A stretch of 64,000 bases of DNA, taken from the NCBI GenBank assembly GCA_041751035.1, contig JBGSYH010000005.1, forward strand, positions 4,237 through 68,236. The letters are read 5' to 3'. The position numbers and the translations under genes were made by a program. The stretch is from Pyrinomonadaceae bacterium. Lineage in GTDB: Bacteria > Acidobacteriota > Blastocatellia > Pyrinomonadales > Pyrinomonadaceae. Of the stretch, positions 27,703 to 33,272 are shown one piece after another (position 1 is the stretch's first letter; every line of letters starts with the position of its first letter). The notes below the pieces were generated by a model. The model saw only the letters and a list, made by a program, of their open reading frames with translations, ran no database searches and was not told the origin of the DNA.

Positions 27703-27906
27703 CTACCGGTCGTGTTTCTGCCGGTCCTGATGTTTTTTGTTCAGGTGAATTTGCAGCAGCACGTCGATCGTCTTTCCGATACTAAAAAATAGTATCGGTA
27801 GGACGATCGCCGAGATGATGGTGATGAGCGTTCGCGTTTCGATCGCCGCGAAGACGGAAGAAACGGTTGAGAAATATGCGAGTAAGAAGTTTTTAATGTC
27901 GTTCAT
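27703..27906 (-). CDS. Holin-like small membrane protein
   Basis: 67 aa with two TM helices and a highly charged C-terminus (KKHQDRQKHDR), adjacent to the endolysin-like gene. Confidence 0.5.
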   Translation of the reverse strand: MNDIKNFLLAYFSTVSSVFAAIETRTLITIISAIVLPILFFSIGKTIDVLLQIHLNKKHQDRQKHDR

Positions 27907-27935
27907 AGTAGTTTGTGTTTTCAGCTGTTTTTGAA

Positions 27936-28013
27936 CGCGGATCAGGCGGATTCTCGCGGATGCATTTATGGTTTTCGTATCCGCTGCGATCTGCGCTATC
28001 CGCTTTATCCGCG
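27936..28013. repeat. Word hairpin (GCGGAT words / ATCCGC words)
   Basis: The left arm cgcggatcaggcggattctcgcggatgc faces the right arm gtatccgctgcgatctgcgctatccgctttatccgcg. It spans the stop codon at 28005-28007. Confidence 0.75.
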
Positions 28014-29108
28014 TTCCATTGCTTCCCTTATTCGCCCGAGCGCGATCTGGCGGTAGAGGTACATCAGCGTAAGTGCTGCGGCGACTCCGGCCGCGAAGAA
28101 CCAGACCTCACGCGGAAGCCCGGCGAGAAAGCCGAACACCGCCCACGTGGTTTGAAATACTGTGCCGACGATCGCTGTCCAAAGAGATTTCGCACGGTCG
28201 CTCCGTGTGATGACTGTCGTTGCGATGCGCTCGATCTGGTCGTAGGTTTCGGCGGCTTGGTTCACGCTCGTTTCAACTCGGTCGAGCCCGGAGTTTTGAG
28301 TACAAGCTTCAGCTTGCTTCTTTTGCTGAACGGCCTGACGGTTATCTACAGACAAGCTAAAGCTTGAACTCTCAACCGGTGAACTCTGAACGCTTGGAGT
28401 CTGAATTCCGAGAAGCTCGTCGGTCAGCCGGACGCCGTGGACGACCGTCGGCAATTCGAGCTGCCATTTTCCGAGCATTATCTGGTTAAGAAAAAAGCGA
28501 GTTCGATAGCGCGTCGCGCGAAGCCGCAGGATCGAACCGAGCCATGCATCGCGGGTCCGGACATATTCGGCGACCCACCTTTTTTCAAATTCGATCGATG
28601 GCCCGTTGCCGCCTTTGATGCTTACGCGGTCGCGGATCCTTTCGTATGAGCCGTGCGTCAGCGAATCGTAAATGACCGCGAGCGAAAGCGGCAGCACAAA
28701 GCCTGAACCTTCGCAGGCGGCGATCGCCGGTGCGAGATAATTTGTGAATGCAATGCGGTCCTGTGCCTCGCGCATCTCGCGTGTCATCCCGGCGGCACGA
28801 AGTGCGTTGCGAAAGACCATGTCGCCGGAAAGTTCTTTGATCGCATCGGGCGAAGTATCCAGCAGTTTGCGATAGCGTTCGATCATCACCTTGCGGCCGA
28901 CAATTCCGCCAAGTCGAAGATATTCATCCACCACCGCACGCAGCGAACCCGAACGATGCGTGAACTGACTGGCTCCGTACGAAATGCCGGCTCCGTCGTT
29001 CAAAACAGCAACCGCCGAATAATTGCCGAGCGGCTTGCCGGTCTCAAATATCCGCACGATCGCCGAGGCCTTTCTCTTATCAATTGTTGTAAAGGTCATT
29101 TGTTTCAT
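28005..29108 (-). CDS. Endolysin-like glycoside hydrolase (GH46/lysozyme-like N-domain) with C-terminal TM segment
   Basis: The N-terminal ETG...NDGAGISYGASQF pattern resembles the Glu/Asp core of chitosanase-like lysozyme folds. The C-terminal ~60 aa are hydrophobic. The start is ATG at 29108 or 29099, and a REP pair is embedded at 28293-28406. Confidence 0.55.
   Translation of the reverse strand: MKQMTFTTIDKRKASAIVRIFETGKPLGNYSAVAVLNDGAGISYGASQFTHRSGSLRAVVDEYLRLGGIVGRKVMIERYRKLLDTSPDAIKELSGDMVFRNALRAAGMTREMREAQDRIAFTNYLAPAIAACEGSGFVLPLSLAVIYDSLTHGSYERIRDRVSIKGGNGPSIEFEKRWVAEYVRTRDAWLGSILRLRATRYRTRFFLNQIMLGKWQLELPTVVHGVRLTDELLGIQTPSVQSSPVESSSFSLSVDNRQAVQQKKQAEACTQNSGLDRVETSVNQAAETYDQIERIATTVITRSDRAKSLWTAIVGTVFQTTWAVFGFLAGLPREVWFFAAGVAAALTLMYLYRQIALGRIREAMERG
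28293..28406. repeat. Inverted pair of REP-like units embedded in frame in a CDS
   Basis: 28293-28320 gttttgagtacaagcttcagcttgcttc is in plus orientation and 28351-28376 gacaagctaaagcttgaactctcaac is inverted, with an extra half-unit to 28406. The architecture matches 24697-24780. Confidence 0.85.
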
Positions 29109-29250
29109 CCTTGAAAATGCTTCTTGCAAACGATATGTTTGTTTGATAAAATAGAATGGTCGGACGATAAAGGACGCCAAGGGTTTTATATTATCCCCGC
29201 CGCTTACATACCGCCCGGCCACTTGCAGAATAGGTGTTCCAGATGCAGAA

Positions 29251-29344
29251 GGAAATAGCAATTGTTAAGGATTATGGCAATTGTTGAAGATGGAATAAAT
29301 GGAATGATTGGAATGAAAGTGGGCACTTGGCGCACTTGGAAAGG
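29251..29344. repeat. Left mosaic inverted-repeat block
   Basis: Contains the words ggaaatagcaattgtt, gcaattgttgaag, ggaataaatggaa and gcacttggcgca, which recur reverse-complemented at 29679-29742. Confidence 0.8.
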
Positions 29345-29353
29345 AGCAAAGAA

Positions 29354-29584
29354 ATGAAACGTACATTCGATATTCAGGTTCGGCCGAAAATGAGGCTTAG
29401 TGAGATAGAACGCATTTTGAAAGACAACCGGGCGATCGTGCCCGTGCCCTCGCGGCAGACGCTGATCCGCATGTGCGAATCCGGTGTTCTTGAAACACCA
29501 ACGGGCAAACCGGGCCGGAGCGGGTGGTTGGTTTATGAAGATTCGTTTCTAAAGTGGCTCAAGTCGCTGGATGAAAACGGGTGA
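29354..29584 (+). CDS. Small excisionase-family (HTH_17-like) DNA-binding protein
   Basis: AAGGAG SD then ATG at 29354. The segment SRQTLIRMCESGVLET...GWLVYEDSFLKWLKSL fits the winged-helix excisionase-family pattern. Confidence 0.55.
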   Translation: MKRTFDIQVRPKMRLSEIERILKDNRAIVPVPSRQTLIRMCESGVLETPTGKPGRSGWLVYEDSFLKWLKSLDENG

Positions 29585-29599
29585 ATTGAATGCGGGTTT

Positions 29600-29644
29600 T
29601 AGCCACGAATGCACGAATTTTTCTTATTAGTGCATTCGTGGCTA
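29600..29644 (+). repeat. 15-bp perfect hairpin (GCCACGAATGCAC family)
   Basis: tagccacgaatgcac - 15-nt loop - gtgcattcgtggcta, directly after the stop at 29584. No U-tract follows. Confidence 0.85.
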
Positions 29645-29678
29645 TATCTGAGAAGTATGGCAAGCGACTTCCGGCGGA

Positions 29679-29742
29679 CCTTTCCATTTATTCCAATTGC
29701 GCCAAGTGCGGTCAACTTCAACAATTGCTATACCGCATTTCC
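29679..29742. repeat. Right mosaic inverted-repeat block
   Basis: Its reverse complement reads ggaaatgcggtatagcaattgttgaagttgaccgcacttggcgcaattggaataaatggaaagg, which shares exact 12-16-nt blocks with 29251-29344. Confidence 0.8.
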
Positions 29743-29769
29743 CCAAACCTCGTTTATTCTCGCCGCTGT

Positions 29770-30219
29770 ATGAACGAAGAAATACAAAAAATCGAGAGCG
29801 AAGATGCGGCGGCCATGCCGGATGCGTCGCTCGAAAGCAGTGCCGAAGTTGAACAGCTTCGGCGTGAGAATGAGGAACTGAAACAGGCCGCACGTATGAA
29901 GGCGGCTCACGATAATTTGACGCAAAAACTTGCTGATGCGGGCGCACGCTCGCCTGAGCTATTGTTCGACACCGTCCGCGGAAAAATTCAATTTGACGAA
30001 GGCGGCGAACCGCTGAACACGGCGGCGTTGGTCGCGGACCTAAGATCAAAATTTCCGGAACAGTTCGGCGCTACCCACGCGTCTGCATCGATCGATGCGG
30101 CCGCGGGAGCCGGGGCTCGTCCAAACTTTCTAACCGCGGAAGCACTCGCAAAGATGACCCCGCAAGAGATCGCACGGCTCGATTGGAACGAAGTGCGAAG
30201 CGTATTAACTAACAACTAA
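29770..30219 (+). CDS. Phage scaffolding protein (GP20-like)
   Basis: Coiled-coil N-terminus, with the DAGARSPELLFD...IQFDEGGEP...LVADLRSKFPEQFG pattern typical of GP20-type scaffold proteins. ATG at 29770. Confidence 0.65.
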   Translation: MNEEIQKIESEDAAAMPDASLESSAEVEQLRRENEELKQAARMKAAHDNLTQKLADAGARSPELLFDTVRGKIQFDEGGEPLNTAALVADLRSKFPEQFGATHASASIDAAAGAGARPNFLTAEALAKMTPQEIARLDWNEVRSVLTNN

Positions 30220-30222
30220 AAA

Positions 30223-30337
30223 CGAATAGTGAATAACGAATAGTGAATAACGAATAGCGAACAACGAATAGTGAATAGCGAATAATGAGCCATCTGTTAC
30301 TGATCACTTTTCACTTTTCACTGATCACTCTTCACTA
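30223..30337. repeat. Tandem 14-mer array plus partly complementary arm
   Basis: acgaatagtgaata occurs about 4.5 times (30223-30287), followed by ctgatcacttttcacttttcactgatcactcttcact. AGTGAA words on the left face TTCACT words on the right. Confidence 0.85.
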
Positions 30338-30344
30338 AAAGATT

Positions 30345-31196
30345 ATGGCATTGACATTTATACCTACGGTTTGGGCAGCGCGGCTGCTCACGGCATTGGA
30401 AAGATCGCTCGTTTACGGACAAGGCGATGTGGCAAATCGTGATTACGAGGGCGAGATACGCTCGGCGGGAAACACGGTAAAGATCGCGTCGGTCGGCGAT
30501 GTTACGATCGGCGATTACACACAGAACACGAACATCGACGATCCGGAGGAACTGACCGATGCGGCTCAGACACTTGAGATCGACCAACAGAAGTTCTTTC
30601 ATTTTTACGTGGACGGCATCGACCGTGCGCAGCAGAACGTGAACATCCTTGATGAAGCGATGCGGCGTTCGGCATGGAAGCTCCGCGACGAGGCGGACAA
30701 GTTCCTCGCCGGGCTGATGGCAGCGGCTGTGCCGGGCGGGAACACTTTGGGGTCGGACATCACGCCGATCATTCCGACAAAGGACGATGCTTACGAATAT
30801 CTCGTCGATCTGGGCGTAAAGCTGGACGAAGCGAACACACCGATCGAGGGGCGATTTGTAATCGTCCCGGCATGGTTCCACGGATTGCTGCTCAAGGATG
30901 AGCGGTTCATAAACGCGGGGACGGCGCGTTCGGATGCGGCTCTTCGCAATGGTGAGGTCGGCGAAGCGGCGGGTTTTTCGATCCTGAAATCGAACAATGT
31001 GCCAAACGAAGAAGGCGAGCAATACAAGATAATCGCCGGACATTCGATCGCGACGGCGTATGTTGAACAGGTCGTTGATGTACAGACCTACAAGCCCGAA
31101 AAGCGTTTTGGCGATGCGGTAAAAGGGCTGCACGTTTACGGGGCCAAAGTCGTGCGTGCGGCAAATCTGGCGATGATGATCGCCGACAAAGAGTAA
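30345..31196 (+). CDS. Phage major capsid protein (HK97-fold, P22-coat/SU10-like family)
   Basis: The N-terminus MALTFIPTVWAARLLTALERSLVYG...NRDYEGEIRSAGNTVKI matches the conserved start I recall for this capsid family. It lies directly after the scaffold gene. Confidence 0.75.
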   Translation: MALTFIPTVWAARLLTALERSLVYGQGDVANRDYEGEIRSAGNTVKIASVGDVTIGDYTQNTNIDDPEELTDAAQTLEIDQQKFFHFYVDGIDRAQQNVNILDEAMRRSAWKLRDEADKFLAGLMAAAVPGGNTLGSDITPIIPTKDDAYEYLVDLGVKLDEANTPIEGRFVIVPAWFHGLLLKDERFINAGTARSDAALRNGEVGEAAGFSILKSNNVPNEEGEQYKIIAGHSIATAYVEQVVDVQTYKPEKRFGDAVKGLHVYGAKVVRAANLAMMIADKE

Positions 31197-31202
31197 CTCT
31201 AA

Positions 31203-31268
31203 ACGGTGAACGGTGAGTGGTGAATAAAAATTCCTACACTCACCATTCACCGCTAAGCATTCACCATT
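31203..31268 (+). terminator. Strong hairpin after capsid gene (GGTGA words), possible attenuator/terminator
   Basis: 16-bp stem cggtgaacggtgagtg/cactcaccattcaccg with one mismatch and a 17-nt loop. An alternative pairing ggtgaat/attcacc is possible. No clear U-tract. Confidence 0.55.
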
Positions 31269-31274
31269 ACAAAT

Positions 31275-31595
31275 ATGACTCCACTAGACAAACTAAAAGC
31301 ACTCACCGCTTGGGAGACCGAGCCGGTATTGACCGAAACCGGGGTCGAAGACATTTTGGGAAACGCATCGGTCGCCGATGCGGAAGGAAATGCGCCATCG
31401 AACGACGATTGGACGCCGACCTACGACATTAACAAAGCCGCCGCCGAAGCCTGGCTGATAAAGGCCGCACGCGCGTCCGCACTGACCGAGATCGACCCGC
31501 CGGAAAGCGGCATCGTTACATCGCAGGTCTTTGAAAACTGCATGAACATGTCGCGGGAATTTAAGGCAAAGGCGACCTCCAGTGTCAAGACCTAG
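31275..31595 (+). CDS. Small phage head-associated protein (possible head-tail adaptor/decoration)
   Basis: 106-aa ORF immediately downstream of the capsid gene. The assignment is positional only. Confidence 0.45.
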   Translation: MTPLDKLKALTAWETEPVLTETGVEDILGNASVADAEGNAPSNDDWTPTYDINKAAAEAWLIKAARASALTEIDPPESGIVTSQVFENCMNMSREFKAKATSSVKT

Positions 31596-31643
31596 AAAAC
31601 AACCTACACCGACGACAAAGAGTATCGCTAACTTCGTGATCCT

Positions 31644-32234
31644 CTATTGCTCAATCGGCTCATTCGATTCTGATCTGAAAAGAAAAACTGGTCTGCGAGT
31701 TTCATCGGGCATTCGCTCGATCTCCAACTCTAAAACCACATACTCTGCTTTCTGTTTTTCACTCGGGGCCCATCCGATCGCGCGGGAACATTCCCTCAGC
31801 GCCTCTTTCTCATCACCCTGAAGATGATAGATTTTTGCAAGCCCTCCGTGAGCAATTGCTGAGGCATCGTCTTGCAACGTGCCTTCAAGTAGAGCGTTAC
31901 GATAATTTTCGTGAGCGGAACCAAGCACGTTCTTTGAGTGGTCAATTATCGCTTGAGTCAGATAAAAACAAGCTCGCTTTTTTGACGACTGTTTTTTGGG
32001 ATTCCGGATCGACTGGAGCATTCTCTCGGCAGCATCCAACTGACCGGCTTTTGCATAGCCAAAAGCCCTTAAAGACCTGCCGTAAATAAAGTAGCTGACG
32101 GTCAATGAGAATGCCGAGAAGTAAAACCACAATCCCAAAATGGTTGGAAATGTTCCACCTATCCCGAACAGACAGTAAGTTGCTACGATTAGGAACAACG
32201 TCGCGTACAAAAGTTGTTGATAACGAAAAATCAC
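31644..32234 (-). CDS. Membrane-anchored TPR-like protein
   Basis: Two N-terminal TM helices followed by TPR-like helical repeats. It is convergent with the capsid operon. Confidence 0.55.
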   Translation of the reverse strand: MIFRYQQLLYATLFLIVATYCLFGIGGTFPTILGLWFYFSAFSLTVSYFIYGRSLRAFGYAKAGQLDAAERMLQSIRNPKKQSSKKRACFYLTQAIIDHSKNVLGSAHENYRNALLEGTLQDDASAIAHGGLAKIYHLQGDEKEALRECSRAIGWAPSEKQKAEYVVLELEIERMPDETRRPVFLFRSESNEPIEQ

Positions 32235-32255
32235 GATCGCCAGACATTATATAGC

Positions 32256-32288
32256 AAACAAAAAGGCCGACCCATTGCAGATCGGCCG
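32256..32288 (-). terminator. Rho-independent terminator after DJ-1/PfpI gene
   Basis: Minus-strand ggccga-loop-tcggcc followed by tttttgtttg. Confidence 0.6.
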
Positions 32289-32307
32289 AGTTCGTTAATT
32301 GCATATA

Positions 32308-32883
32308 TTAATTCGCGGCGGCCTTTTGGCCTTCGTGTTTGCCTTCGGCGAATTCCTCGATCATCTTTTTGTTAAAAGCAGGAATGTCTTCGGGTTTACG
32401 GCTTGAGACCAGGCCTTGGTCGACCATCACCTCGGCATCGACCCATTCGGCCCCGGCGTTTATCAGGTCCTGTTTCACCGATGGCCAAGAGGTGATCTTG
32501 CGGCCTTTCACAACGCCTGCATCGATCAGCGGCCACGGCCCGTGGCAGATGACCGCGACCGGCTTACCTTCGTCGAAAAATCCTTTAATAAAGCTAACAG
32601 CCTTTTCGTCCATCCGAAGCTGGTCGGGATTCGCGACTCCGCCCGGAAGCAATAAAGCGTCGAAATCGGCCACGTTCGCTTCTTCCAGCGGAACATCAAC
32701 GGTAAATTTATCGCCCTTGTCAAAATGGTGCCAGCCTTCCACCTCGCCGGTCATCGGCGATACGATCTTGGTTTTCGCACCCGCTTCGTGCAGTGCCGTT
32801 TGCGGATCAGTCAGCTCTATCTGCTCAAAACCATCCGCGACCAATATCGCAACTCGTCTGTTTGTAAGATCTATTTTATTCAT
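32308..32883 (-). CDS. DJ-1/PfpI family protein (type 1 glutamine amidotransferase-like)
   Basis: VAILVADGFE start with a nucleophile elbow in AVICHGPW, at 191 aa. Confidence 0.9.
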   Translation of the reverse strand: MNKIDLTNRRVAILVADGFEQIELTDPQTALHEAGAKTKIVSPMTGEVEGWHHFDKGDKFTVDVPLEEANVADFDALLLPGGVANPDQLRMDEKAVSFIKGFFDEGKPVAVICHGPWPLIDAGVVKGRKITSWPSVKQDLINAGAEWVDAEVMVDQGLVSSRKPEDIPAFNKKMIEEFAEGKHEGQKAAAN

Positions 32884-33028
32884 AATTACTCCAAAAAATT
32901 CCCTTGTTCGTTCTGTATCGAATCATTGCATTGATTCGCTACTAACCTTGTAAGGCGCAAGAAACGTGCCGTGTTTAGTGGACTGGAACGAGCCTTGCCC
33001 TAAGAAACCGTAAGGCAATGGAGTTTTT

Positions 33029-33250
33029 ATGAAATACGAACAACAAAAAGATCCGCGCGAAAATGGCGGCCCGGACGTAAACGATCCGAATCCTGGGCCG
33101 AATCCTCAGCCGTATCCGGTCGAAGATCCGCCGCCCGTAGAACCGTTCCCGGAACCTGATCCTGACGAGCCGATGCCTGATCCGTTTCCGGGCCCGCCGG
33201 AGCCGATCCCGCAGTTTCCGCCGGATATAGAGGACAAGACGATCTACTAG
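33029..33250 (+). CDS. Small acidic proline-rich protein (hypothetical)
   Basis: 73-aa ORF, about 35% Pro, with GGAG 8 nt upstream. Coding status is uncertain. Confidence 0.35.
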   Translation: MKYEQQKDPRENGGPDVNDPNPGPNPQPYPVEDPPPVEPFPEPDPDEPMPDPFPGPPEPIPQFPPDIEDKTIY

Positions 33251-33272
33251 AGCATCTGTCGACGTATCGGAA

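Noticed and set aside
29590-29769. N-terminal 60-aa extension of the scaffold ORF (ORF-track start at 29590)
   Set aside because: The extension is composed of the 15-bp hairpin and the right inverted-repeat block. The coiled-coil scaffold sequence begins at the ATG at 29770.
30345-31196. Encapsulin shell protein instead of a phage capsid
   Set aside because: The size is compatible, but there are adjacent portal and GP20-like scaffold genes and no cargo gene with a targeting peptide. The N-terminal motif fits the phage P22/SU10-like capsid family.
30318-31250. 310-aa minus-strand ORF antisense to the capsid gene
   Set aside because: It is a shadow ORF with an Arg-rich, atypical composition. 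The plus-strand product has the conserved capsid N-terminus.
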